Below, in pieces: positions 40,891 to 53,615 of a stretch of DNA of 64,000 nucleotides. This stretch comes from Felis catus. Lineage: Eukaryota. The notes below the pieces were generated by a model that searched no databases, was not told the DNA's origin, and saw only the letters and a program-made list of their open reading frames with translations. The stretch spans positions 197,348,001 to 197,412,000 of the forward strand of contig NC_058368.1 in assembly GCF_018350175.1 (NCBI RefSeq). Reading direction: 5' to 3'. The first letter of the stretch is position 1, and the number at the start of each line of letters is the position of its first letter. A program made the translations under genes and the position numbers.

Positions 40891-41082
40891 CTATTGCAAT
40901 GACACACTCCAGCCTTTATCTGGACTTCATCAGTTTCCCCCACTAAAGTCCTTTTTGTGATCCAGAATCCCAGGGTACCACATTGCATTTAGTTGTCATG
41001 TTTCCCTGGTCATCTCGGGTCTGTGATAGTTTCTCAGCCTTTCCTTGTTTTTCATGACCTTGTCCATTTTGACCTCCTTCCC

Positions 41083-41326
41083 TTTTTTAAAAAATCTATT
41101 TATTTTGAGAGAGAGAGAGAGAGAGCGAGCACGCACGCCTGTGAATGTGTGCGTGCACCAGCAAGGGAGAGGCAGAAAGAGAGGGAGAGAGAGAGAAAAC
41201 CCCAAGCAGGCTCCGTATTGTCAGCTCAGAGTCCTACAAGGGGCTCGATTTCACAAACCGTGAGATCAAAACCTGAGCTGAAATCAAGAGCCTTACGCTT
41301 AACTGACTGGGCCCCCCAGGAGCCCC
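41083..41326 (-). mobile_element. Older Can-SINE
   Basis: cccaagcaggctccgtattgtcagc...cccaggagcccc. Confidence 0.8.
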
Positions 41327-41702
41327 TACCTCCTTTCCTTTTGATAATCGCTCCCATTGAGATGGGTGGAAAAGGGGAGGAGAGGAAGGGGAAATTCAAG
41401 GCACTAAGACTTGCCCTCACCCAGGCAGCAGTACGGGGTGAGGGCAAGGGCATCAGGCAGGCTGAGTTAGAATCTTCGACTAGCTGTGCAACCTTCACCA
41501 AATTAATTAAGTTCTCTGAGTCCCGGGCTGTCGGAATTAGATCAGATGGCATACAAAAAGCACTGAGCACACAGTGCCTGGCACATGGTATAAATGCTAT
41601 GCTATCTGAGAGATTTGTTTTCCTTCTTTTTTTCATACACAAGGAAATGGCTGAAACACACCTATCTTTGGGGGCGGAGGCCCTGTGCAGCCATTATGTG
41701 TG

Positions 41703-41882
41703 ATTTTGTTTGTTTGTTTGAAAGAGACAAAGTGCGAGTGGAGGAGGGACAGAGAGACAGGAGAGAGTGAAAAGCCCAAGCAGGCTCCGCACCATCAGCG
41801 TGGAGCCCAACGCGGGGTTTGAACTCTCAACCCCTGAGATCACGACCTCAGTGCTCAACCTACTGAGCCACCCAGGCACCCC
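41703..41882 (-). mobile_element. Older Can-SINE
   Basis: cccaagcaggctccgcaccatcagc...gagccacccaggcacccc. Confidence 0.8.
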
Positions 41883-42235
41883 TTACAAATTATTTTAGAG
41901 GTGAGAACTCCAGCTGGCACTTCTGGGGCTGCCTTTGACTTATTGCCCAGGGCATCAGGCTAGCTCCACGGAAGCGTGCCCTCTGGGCGCACTTCCAGAC
42001 AGGGTAAAGGGAGGATGACTGAGGTCATATGGACCCAGAAACTAGGCTTTTGCTAATCTATGGTAGTCCCTCTCGGTGAGAAATCAAGAGTTCCAGTAGG
42101 GGGCAGTAATGTCTTCTTAAATACTAAAAGCAGTATTGAAGAGTGTCTATAATAGCTCTGGGTCGGCTTGCAGCACTGGTACCGGCTTTCAAACTTTTTT
42201 TTACCGTGACACACAGTAAGAAATGTATCTTTGTG

Positions 42236-42428
42236 GTTTTTTTTAATTTTTTTAATGTCTATTTATTTTTAAGAGAGAGTGAGAGACAGAGCGAAAGCAG
42301 GGGAGGGGCAGAGAGAGAGGGAGACACAGAATCCGAAGCAGGTTCCAGGCTCGAACTCATGAACTGCGAGATCACTACCTGAGCCGAACTCGGACACGAA
42401 ACCGACTGAGCCACCCGGGCGTGTCCCT
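42236..42428 (-). mobile_element. Can-SINE with internal deletion
   Basis: ggttccaggctcgaactc joins two normally separated segments. Confidence 0.85.
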
Positions 42429-42888
42429 ACATGCATCTTACTTTGTATCCCAGCATACATAGGTATAAACATATAAAATTCATGGTTGACAAAACACCAT
42501 TTAGTCCTTACAACGTGAAGTGCACGGATATATTCTATCCGTTTAAAAACTATTCTATTCTAAACTTAAAACATCCAACTTATGACCTGCTAAATTGGTT
42601 TCTAACAGGCTCACTAACGTACAGTTTGAAAAGCACTGACCTGGGTGGGAGTCTCAAAGAGCACAAGAGATCTCTGGCCTTTGTTTTTCTTATGTGTCAT
42701 TTGCTGGACAGCTTCACGGGGACCAGGGAATTCACACACATCAAAATAAAAATAATGGTTGACATTTTTGAGTGAGTATTATGCACGAGGTCCTATGCAA
42801 AACTTCTGTCATGTAATCTAACAACGATTTGAGGAAGACACAATTTTTGTTTTTATCATCGTTGAGGTTTAAAGAATGGAAGTGGCTT

Positions 42889-43102
42889 GGGGGCGCCTAG
42901 GTGGCGCAGTCGGTTAAGCGTCCGACTTCAGCCAGGTCACGATCTCGCGGTCCGTGAGTTCGAGCCCCGCGTCGGGCTCCGGGCTGATGGCTCGGAGCCT
43001 GGAGCCTGTTTCCGATTCTGTGTCTCCCTCTCTCTCTGCCCCTCCCCCATTCATGCTCTGTCTCTCTCTGTCCCCAAAATAAATAAACGTTGAAAAAAAA
43101 AA
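42889..43102 (+). mobile_element. Young feline Can-SINE
   Basis: TSD aaagaatggaagtggct (42871-42887, 43103-43119). Confidence 0.95.
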
Positions 43103-43968
43103 AAAGAATGGAAGTGGCTCAAGCCTATAGTTAGTAAGTGGTGGGGGTGAGATATGAATTCATGTCTCTCTGATAATGAAATGATTACGTTATATGATGG
43201 GTCCACGTCAGGTGACACATCTCTGGGACAGACATCACCACTGATGTGATTACCAACAGGAGCAAGTTCAAGACTTGTTTCGTCAGGCTGGAATATTGGG
43301 CTGAAATCAACGGGGTGATTCTGGTGAGTCAAAAAATGAGTTACTCCAGACCAGGATGGGAGAGAACCGATATCCTAAGAGGTCTTGAGAAAAACACGGA
43401 GGTTCTCATTGACCAGTCAAGTAACAGTCTAGGAGAGAGATGATTAACCACCTTTCCCAAAGGGAAAATGAAAGGAGGAACAGAAAATGTAACAAAGGCA
43501 TAGTGGTGATAGGTCAAAACAAATTATAAATTAGTTTTTGAAGACTCCGGGTGAGGAGTGAGGTGAGGGAAGGGAATTTGCAAGATGTCTCAGAGCCAAT
43601 AATGGAAGCCTATGGATGCTTGAGCTAGGAAGGCAGCCACGGGGAGCCTCGTAGGTCTCATCATGGTACCGGTGGCTTGAAAGGCGGTGGCAGAAATGCA
43701 GTCACAGACATGGGAGAGTTACTACTTTTGATATCATGAGAGAGCTGGTGGGAATACCGTCATCCTCCGGGTATGTCTTGTGAAACAAATAGTGTGGAGA
43801 AGCCCGTGCTCGTGTTGAGATGCTTTCATTCTTGTGGGTAAAGAGCGTTAGAAACAGTTTTTCATGGACCTGTATTTAGAAATGCTTGTCTATTTTCTTA
43901 ACCTTCTGTTTTATTTTTATTTGGGCTTACACAATTCTATTACAGATGTTTTATCTGTGGAAATAATT

Positions 43969-44180
43969 GTTTTTTTTGGCTTATTTACTTTGAGAGAGAC
44001 AGGGAAAGCCTGAGTGGAGGAGGGGCAGAGATAGAGGGAGAGAGAGACGGAATCCCAAGCAGGCTCCGCATTGTCAGCACAGAGCCCAATGCGGGGCTTG
44101 AACCCATGAAGCCGTGAAACCATGACTTGAGCCAAAACTAACAGTCAGACTCTTAACTGACTGAGCCATCCAGGGGCCCC
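43969..44180 (-). mobile_element. Older Can-SINE
   Basis: TSD tatctgtggaaat(a/g)att (43952-43968, 44181-44197). Confidence 0.88.
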
Positions 44181-44699
44181 TATCTGTGGAAATGATTTTT
44201 AAAATAGATGATGTCTTCTGTCTTTGATTCTGACCTTTCCGATCTAGACTATGATGTTAAACATGATGTATTTGATTCTCAACTACTTTACCTTCCTTGC
44301 CTGGATCCACTGTTATGCGCGAAGGCGAGTCTTTGTTCTTGAACCTTCTCGTAAATTGAGGACTTTTGCTGTTTGTTCATCTGGAGATGTATCACACATT
44401 TGTTTCATAGAGATGCTCGTAGGAATGCCCCTGACTTCTCTGCACATTGTACCAGACAGGAATAACACCCGCTTCGTCTGCTTTCCTCCCGGGGGGAGCT
44501 GCCGCAGGACAAGCTAAATAACAGCTGCGTGATAATCCTGGTGACCGAACAGCTCCTTATTCATGAAACAAACAAAAAGGACTTTTGTCTGTCCTAGAAC
44601 ATGTAGCTTTGGGATTCTGGTGGGCGGAGGGAAGGATAGCCAAACAGACAGATGACCTGGAGGGATTTGCACTTTTGGTTGTTTTAAAGTCCTAAGGGA

Positions 44700-44950
44700 G
44701 GGGCGCCTGGGTGGCGCAGTCGGTTAAGCGTCCGACTTCAGCCAGGTCACGATCTCGCGGTCCGTGAGTTCGAGCCCCGCGTCGGGCTCCGGGCTGATGG
44801 CTGGGAGCCTGGAGCCTGTTTCCGATTCTGTGTCTCCCTCTCTCTCTGCCCCTTCCCCGTTCATGCTCTGTCTCTCTCTGTCCCAGAAATAAATAAAAAC
44901 ATTGAAAAAAAATAAATAAAAGAAATGATAAAAAAAGGAAGAAAAAAAAA
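44700..44950 (+). mobile_element. Young feline Can-SINE with long mixed A tail
   Basis: TSD core tcctaaggga (44690-44699, 44952-44961). Confidence 0.93.
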
Positions 44951-46724
44951 TTCCTAAGGGATTACGGAGACTGATAGTCTGGCACTCTTTCAAGTCCTGT
45001 GGCATTCCTTTCTTTTCTTTCCAGTCATATAAAGTCTGTGTCTCTTTCCTTCTTCTAATATCCTTAGACTAAGTTCTTTCTTTTGCATGCACTCAAGGAT
45101 CCCTGTACTTTTCCTTCAGGGAATGTATCACAGTTTATCATGACACCATCCGTGTGGCTTAAAGAAAGATCATCCCCTGTAGATTGGAAACTCCATGAGG
45201 GCAAGGACCTTGTCTAGATCATTCAGCTCTGTATTTTCAGTTGTGCCCAATGTCAACAGATGGTAGAATCTCAATAAAGATTTGGTGAATGGGTTCATAA
45301 AAAAAAAAAATGAACGAATGAAATTTTGGACGCAGACTGTGACCCCTTCTTATTCCTTACGAAAGGGAGAAATTTTTGAGACCAGAACCTACCTGCTTAT
45401 TGTTCATTAGTGACTGGGGACTTTGGTGATAGGGCTGCTAACACTCATAGCAGATGCCTAGTTGGAGTTTATTGAGACCAATAAGCATAATTTTTTCATT
45501 TGTTTGGGATGCGTTGCCCTAGATGTGCTGGTGTCTTCCTAATTTTCAAAGAGGTAGCAGTTATGGCCAGGGATAACCATGGTCTGTTACTGAGCACGTG
45601 TCCTGTAGCAGGCATGATGCTAAGTAATTCACCTACAGTATATTATCTGATCCTCCAAAGGGCTCTAGAGAGAAAATGTTATTCTCCCCACTTACCAGAT
45701 GAAGGAATCCAGGCTCCAAGTCATTAAGATGCTTCCAGAGATTAAAAACCAGTTTTATCTGACATAAAAATCAGTGTTTTTCATAACCATATAATTTTGG
45801 TTTCACATTTGCTTGTTTAGAACTTAGGATCTTCAAGAGAAGTATTTCTTTTATGAGCATGTGATAGTTCCCCTTTGTCTTAAGGAGAAGTGACCATGAA
45901 ATATAGGGGCAGGACGGTTGGTTTCTAGAAGCATGACTTCTTCACCCAGCATCACAGGAGATCTCTTCAGTGCTGAAGTTCTACGGAATAAAGAGCACCA
46001 GGTGACAGGTGACAGCTTTAAGGTATGTTTTGGCCTAAGCGGGTAGAGTATTGTTTTAGAGCCCCCAGACTCCTTTCTTGGGAAATCAGAAACTGGGGGT
46101 GTGGTGAGATGGAGGGCAAAAAACCCAGTCCCTGCTTTTGAGTATCTATTGGTCTGCTTGGAGGAGACTGGGTACACATGTGAGAGGTTCTAGGAGGGAG
46201 AGTCATGGGATAGTAAAGGAGGCAACAAGCCACCTTTACTCCCTCAGTCCCTCCCTCCAACCAACCGACCAACTAACCAACTAACCAACTAACCAAACAA
46301 ACAACCAAACAACCAATGTTTAATACCTCTCATGTGCTAGGGTTATACTCCAGCGAGCAAGGTAATCACAGACCATGACCGCATGGAGCCAATGGGCTCC
46401 TGGGTGACCAGGATCCTCTGAGAAATTTCTCCAACATTTTGGCCTTCACAGCTGAGATTTGAACACTCATACTCCAGACACTGTGCTAAATGTATGTTCC
46501 CATAATATCACTGACTCCTCTCAACAGTCTCTCCCCACCCAGGAAGTAATTGCATAGGACAGTTGTTCATATAGTGCATATAAGGAAACAAGTTCAGAAT
46601 GGTTAAGTAAGAGATGGGCTCTTAACTCAAAGTCCTGTAGGTAGAAAGTGGTAAAGTCACCATACAAATCTAAGCCTTGTCCATATTGCTACTGAATAAA
46701 ACTGAAGCTAGACTTCTGCTAAAT

Positions 46725-46948
46725 ATTTTTTAATGTTTATTCACTTTTGAGAGAGAGAGAGAGACAGAGACAGAGATAGAGGATGAACAGAGGACCGGTA
46801 GAGAGAGAGGGAGACACAGAGACTGAAGCAGGCTCCAGGCTCTGAGCCATCAGCACAGAGCCCAACGCGGGACTCAAACTCACGAGCAGTGAGATCATGA
46901 CCTGAGCTGAAGTCAGACGCTTAACCGGCTGAGCCACCCAGGTCCCCC
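46725..46948 (-). mobile_element. Can-SINE
   Basis: Typical body; degenerate TSD ctt(c/t)tgctaaat. Confidence 0.88.
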
Positions 46949-47874
46949 AGCTTTTGCTAAATTTTGTGGGGCTTCAGCTAGATTGGTCTTGTTCACAGGA
47001 TGAATGGTGGTGTCAATGAACAACTCCACCGCTTATCATATGTGTGACCTCACACAAGATTTTAGCTCTTGGTACCCCACTTTCAGAAGAGTACTTGTTT
47101 GCCTGAAGATCAGCAATTCAACCCAGAACAACATGGAACTTATAGTTTGCATCCAACTGGATGTGGAACCAGCTTGATGTCGTATCGTCCACTTGACCTT
47201 ATGTGCCTTCGGTCAGAGATTATGTGGGTCACTGATGAACCCACAGCATGAGAACAGTTCCTGACCCACAGAAGTTGTTCAATACTGATTTTTGGACAAA
47301 TGAATGAATGAATACATGAATGGATTATACACATTATTTAGGCTATAAATTATACCTGGATAACATGACAAAATAAATAAATATGCCCTCTGTAAGACAT
47401 CACAGACCTGGAATCGAGAGGTATGTGAGTGAGTGAGTATGGACGTCCTACAGAGACTCTGCAGGATGTGAGGCCACCAGGAAGAAGCGAGGTCATTCTC
47501 TTTCCAGTCCTAACATGAGCTGTCATTCCAGGGCTCTGGGAGGTCCGGGGCCAGGCCTTCACAGCATCCCGAAGTTCTTCCCCAGCCAAGCCATGTGGCC
47601 AATCCCCATGAAAGAAAAGGACCTTTCTTCCTGTCCTTTGACTTCAAGCTGGGGTCAAAGGCGTTAGGCTCGTTGGAAAATAAATAAAGTCCCTGAGCAG
47701 ACAAAGGCCATTCTGAAGCCAGGCCTTAGTGTAAACACTGGCTTTCCTTTTCTTTGGCCTGAAGCTTCCAGGTACTTCCCTGAGCCCACCATGACCTCAC
47801 TTGGCCTAAAGGCTTGGTGGCTGCAGCAGATTCTGGTGGTCTTGTGGGAAGAGCTGGAGGGGCTCCTGAGGGAC

Positions 47875-48727
47875 ATCAGAGGTAAGTGTCTAACAGCTGG
47901 CTCTCTGAAAAAGAAAATGTGTGTGGATATGCATAGTCAAGTTCAGCATAAATTTTACTTTGGTAAGGGATGTGCAGCAACAATTTACAAATAACAATAA
48001 ATATGAATACTTTTACTGTGAAATTTCATACGGTCCGTTGATTCTCCGACAACGCAGTCATTGATTTATGTGGAACTCTTGTATCTAAGGTCAACTATGG
48101 TTGCAACTGGGTAACATAGTTTGGGTACGAACGTTGGCTGATATTTCCTTTGCAAATAAGATGAAGGAGGTTTGAAATCACTTGTTTGTCAATGGTGTGA
48201 GCGGCTTTTCTGCTGAAATCAAAAGAATATTGCCTCATTTTTTTGTGTGCTCATCGCGGTGGAATGGCTACAGACTCGACCATTTTAAGTACAATATGCT
48301 TTATCAGCACCACTTTCCAGACAATCAGTGAAGCCATCAATTAAGTCCTGATTTATAGCATTTGCAAATTTCTGTGGTATAAATACTTCCACTTTGGCTG
48401 ATTTCAAGCTACCAATGTGATGTCACCGAGCATGAGGCGGGGAAAGATATGCACACGGCCATATTTAGTATTTGTACCAACAGAGATGATGGGTGTGAAC
48501 AAACTACAGAGCACAGATAGCAGTAAAAACTGCTAAGCTAATTAGGAAGTGATGAATTTTGAATATTTATGACCACTTTTTAATGTGATATATTAAATAA
48601 TAAGTTTATATTCTTTGTATAATTTAACTGTTAACAGTGGCTATGTTTAACAACCCACTCAGGAAGTTCCTGAAACTTAACAACTAACTCTCAGGAGTAG
48701 GTTTGAGCCAGCTCTGGGACACCCCTG
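47875..48727. mobile_element. MER63-like hAT-Blackjack DNA transposon
   Basis: gtggtataaatact...ggctgatttcaagctacc...aattaggaagtgatga...ggctatgtttaacaacc...ttcctgaaacttaacaa...gagccagctc matches MER63 as I recall it. Confidence 0.65.
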
Positions 48728-51700
48728 ACCCCAGCTTCATCAAAGAAGATGAGGTCATGAGAATGAGTGGGCCAGAGGTCTGGTGGGTGAGCCATTGCCT
48801 AGTGCTGGAGATGATATGGGGCAAGTCAACTGCTGGGGCCGCCAGAAATGGAAGACACAGAAGGAAGAGACCCCTCTTGTTCAGGAAGTAAAGGAAGTTC
48901 TCCAGGAACCCTCCAGCAGCCTCGGAAAAGTCTTCACTCACCCACTCATAGTATCTATTCTTTGGTGTTCTGCTTCATCATTGACCTTGTAGGGTTAAAG
49001 CGTGCATAGAAGAATGTAGTCCCTGCTAGTTGCTAGGATCTTCACGTGAGCTTTTCAAAGGCAGTGATCAGTTCAGCTTGCCTGCCTCATCAGGGCATTG
49101 CCTGCAAATGATCCTCTCCTTATTTACCAAACACACCTACAGGACATTTTGTCCTCCTTACATCGGAGCTTTCATTTGACCCTTCTGTTTAACCTGGCAG
49201 ACATTTTGACCTCTGTGACTTGGCACCGAGGATGCTTTGATTCCATGCTTCTATCTACAAACATTTAAAGGGCAGACATGGCCGAAATTTTGTCAAGAAA
49301 TATTCTTCGTTAACTCTCATTAAGCCATTTTAATTTCAAGGTCAATGTTCAATATACTACAGTGAAACCATTTATACTTTCTGTCATTTTCCTTTTTTAT
49401 TTTATCAAAATCATTCTATAGAGATCAATTCAAAACACCAAGACCCAAGTGCCCGACCACCATCCATGGAGGCCAGAAACGGGGCCAGGTACGGGCAAAC
49501 AGGTCTGAGTGAGGTGCCGTGACCTAAGTCTTCGTCTAGAGCAGACAAGCAGACAGGTAAATCAGTGGTAATGATCAACGAGAAGAACTTAAGAGAAACA
49601 ACGAGATGCAGAGGCCCAAGGTTAAACTCAAAGATATACATGAAGAACAACGATTTCCTAAACCATACCCAAAGCCCGTGAGCTGTGCATGGGACCCCCA
49701 TAAAGGCAGCTTGACTCTGGCAGACTTTGGTGCACATCAGAGGGAACCAGGTACCAAGTAAGATCGGTGTGATGTAGCCGAAGAGACTTAGGTTCCAGAT
49801 TGGAGGCTCTGGGGTCTGAACCCAGCTCTATTACTACTTGCCGTGGTATAGGCAAATCCATTTCCCTCTCTGGGTCTCAGTGTTACCAGTTGTCAATGGG
49901 TGAGTTGATCCTAAAAGTTCATAGGCCCTTTTGAAAATCTGAGGAGATCTATGAGAACTGCCTTCAGGATTATGTACGCACACTCACATTTTGTACATGT
50001 CTGCAGAGAGTTCCTGGACCCTTTAATGCATGCCTGAGTTTGATGGGTTAAGAACGCTCAGCCTAGGTGATCTGCCAGGACCTGTCTAGGGTTGACATGC
50101 CAGGACCGGGGTAGGTGATATACGTACATCTGCCAGGTGATGCCTGAGAGCTGACACACACACAGTTTATAGATAAAAATGGAGAAATGCAGAAAAGAAG
50201 GATCTGGAGTCCTTCATACGCATGGCTGGTCCATTAGTACTTCCATTAATATTATAAATGGTTAAAGGCTTAGACCTCGGGGTTATGCTGTTTAGGTTAA
50301 AATCCCAATTCTGTGCATCATCTTGGACAAGGCACTTAACCAGTCTGGAGCTTAATTCCGGCATCTGTAAAATAGGAATATTATGGTATCAACTTCGCAG
50401 GGTTATTGTATGAAGCAGGTAGATATTCAATTAAGTCACCTCTTATCACCTCTTATGTGTACAAACGCTCACACAATTTTATGTCATACAAGTGGTAACC
50501 ATTATAGCTGGTGGGCTTTGGAGACCATTGGGTTCAACTCTTTCATTTTAGGAAGAATCAGAAAGGGAAGAGCCTCATCTGAGGTAACCCTACTCACCTG
50601 TGTGAGTTCAGGGTTGCTCTGTGACACTCCTCTTAGACACTGGAAAAATTTGGCAACTAACATGATGTCATCGGCGTACCTCTTTTTAATGCAAGAGGAG
50701 GTCCATGCCCTCAGACCGCAGACCAGGTCCCATGTGATTATTTGCTGTATTTGTAGAGTTCTCCAATACCAGCTGTTTCTGTGTGTGAGCACTGAATGAA
50801 TCAGGGCAGGTTGAACACCAGTGGGTATGATTCCTACAGAAGCAATTTGCAAGAGCCTCCAATTCCATTGGAAATTAGTCACACTAATTCTAATCACAAG
50901 CCTTCGATGACACTGGCTTCCATGACTGGCCGCCCCTCCCAGGGTAGGCATTTCAACCACCCAGCTGTACTGTCTGGGGGCTGCTTAATGTTACCACTCT
51001 TGCAAGGACTGAGGCCTCTGAGGGAAACCCTTCTGACACCGTTATTATCTGACTCAAGACAAAAACCAAGGTGGAAGCCTGCTTGAGTAATTTCTGAATT
51101 CTACCAGGCGCTGGGAAGTACAGGATGATCCCCTGAAGACGGGATTAGCTTTGCTTTTGAAGGGACTGTGGGTAATAGAACGGGTAGAATGACTTGTGTG
51201 TGTGTTTGTGTCGGCAAAGCCCACCCCACCTGTGAGGGATGTACAAACATTTACAGATAAGGAAACTGAGCCTCTGAGAGTCAGATGCTTGTATTCCCAA
51301 AGAACTGTTGGTCATCTTAATGTGAGCATATTTCAAATGGCCAACGTCCTAGAGGGAATGGAGGACTGCAGGTGTGACAAAAGATAGGGATAAGGAAAAA
51401 GGAACCAACAGAACAACCCACCCCACCCCCGAGTTTCACCATAAACTCTCATTTCAAGGTTGACAGGCCGTCTCAGTTTCCGCGGGACTGTTGGTCTGAG
51501 AAAATGCATAGCCAACTGGCTTACAAGGGAGACAGCTTGAACGACTCATGTAAGAAAGTAGCCCCCACTCCATCCAATGCACACACACACACACACACAC
51601 ACGTGCACATAGGTGTACCCACACACCCATGCCAAGAACCCATTCTTTTCTGTTTTGTCTCCTATTCTTTCCCCAGTGCTCATTGATCAGTTTCCTAGTG

Positions 51701-53071
51701 ACAGTTCCTAAATATTCTGGTTGCTACTTAGCTCTTCTCTTTTAGCCCATTCCAGCTGCTTCTGAGTTCCAGACATTGAATCCTGTGGGTCTCCGTGACT
51801 GTCAGTTGCGCCTGTGTCCAAAGCCCCCGAATGGGTAATCTCCAGCATCTGTGCGTTTTAGAGATGGCATAAACTCTTATCAGGCACAAAGTCCACCAGT
51901 ACTATCTGGACAATACAGAATTGTGCCAACAACTGTATTAATGGAAATAAGTGGTCTGAAAATGTCAACACTTTGCCATCTTCCAAACTCAGATGTAAGT
52001 GCTTCCCTCAGAGTGATATCCAAGGGTACATAGTTCTCTTGGCCAAACCATAGCTCCTGCCCAGTGATTCAACAACTCCAGTGTGATTTCTGGATGCGTG
52101 AGATTGCAGATATGTTTCGTTCTGCTTGAGAGGTGGACCTAAGTTCAGATCCCAGCTCAGGGTACCTAGTGTCTGTGAAGTATTAACGAGTCATGTCACT
52201 GTCCCCGGCCATGGTTCTTCCAACTCTAAAGGGGATAATAAATACCTGTATCACACGGCTGTAAAATTAACAAGTTAATGTGTCTAAAGCACTTAGCATG
52301 GTGCCTGGAATATAGGACATACTACCTTATGGCTATGTTGAAGCCTATATGTTTATCTGCAAGTAAGAATAAAAAGACTCATAAAGGGAATTCAACAACT
52401 CCAAAAGGAACCCAGGGAACCATAAAGAAAATAAGTTACAAAACAACCTGACCCAAGGTCTCCCATGACCCAAGACCTTGTTTTGTGTGTATGGTGTGTC
52501 TTTACTTGAATGTGTGGGGCCAACTAGACCAGAAAGATCAGAATTCCAAATTCAAAGAAGAAAGCAAAGTGACAACCTTGGAAAATTAGTTCCAGGGATT
52601 ATGTTCTTTGCGCTATGAAAGGAAACATGTGACTTGACCTAGGATTTCTGTGCAATTCTTTGGGGCGGGAGGCCACTTGCAAGATGCGGATTGGATGCGG
52701 AATTCCAACTTCCAAAAAATTCATGCGATCTGTGGGAAAGACTACTTGAAATCAGGATGACTTTGAAAAACATGATTATGAGAGCCACAGACCCATAGTC
52801 ACAGACGTGCATTTGGAGCCAAGTCTATAAAATAGGTTTATGGTATATTTTTAAAAATTTAACTTGATCGTTTCATATCTAGTGCAAACCTTCCCTCATG
52901 TCACAGGGAAAAAAAAAACACCCTAACTTCGAAATTTAGTTTTGGGGCATCTCTGACAAAACCAACCGTTTGTGAGCCTCTGCTAAGAAAAGGCAAAGTC
53001 TTGCACGGTGAGTGTGAGTGACTTGTGAGAGCAGCTCAGGGTCACAGAACTTGTGAAGGAATCTGAGGCAG

Positions 53072-53615
53072 TGTTCCAGTTATTTGGTGTTGCATAACAA
53101 GCCACTCCAAAACTCGGCGACCTAAAACAATACCTTATTATCTCTCTTGATCTGGTGGGTTGGCTGGGCTCATCTGGGCAATTTTCGCCCGGGGTCTCGC
53201 GTGTAGTGGTAGTCAGACAGCGGCTGAGGCTGAGTAATCCAAGGACCCAAAAGGGCCAGGCCTCTAAGATGGCACCCTTGCAGGGCCGGTGGAAAGTGCT
53301 GGCTGTTAGCTGGGAGCTCAGCTGGGTCCATGGTCAAGTGGAGTGCTGAGACATGGCCTTTCCATGTGGGGTGGGATTATTGCAGCATGTTATTGGGATC
53401 CAAGAGAGAGCGTTCCAAGAACTGACATTCCAGGAGATTAAATTGTGAGCTCCAAGACTTCTTAAGATCTAGCTTCGGAAGTCACACAGTGTCACTCCTG
53501 ATGTATTCTGGTGGCTATACAGGTTTGGCCTCAATTTGATGCAGGAGGGGACACCTCAGTGGCATGAAAACTGGGATGTATGGTTCCTTGAGGTCATCTT
53601 TGAAGCCTAGATATC
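53072..53615. mobile_element. MLT1-type (MaLR) solo LTR
   Basis: tgttccagttatt...gcataacaagccactccaaaact...ggctgggctcatctgggc...gaagtcacacagtgtcact...catctttg. Confidence 0.7.

Noticed and set aside
40993..41703. 236-aa ORF
   Set aside because: Reads across L1, SINE and MIR-like remnants; no recognisable protein
50502..50960. Overlapping 138-152 aa ORFs on both strands
   Set aside because: No recognisable domain or splice structure; length compatible with chance
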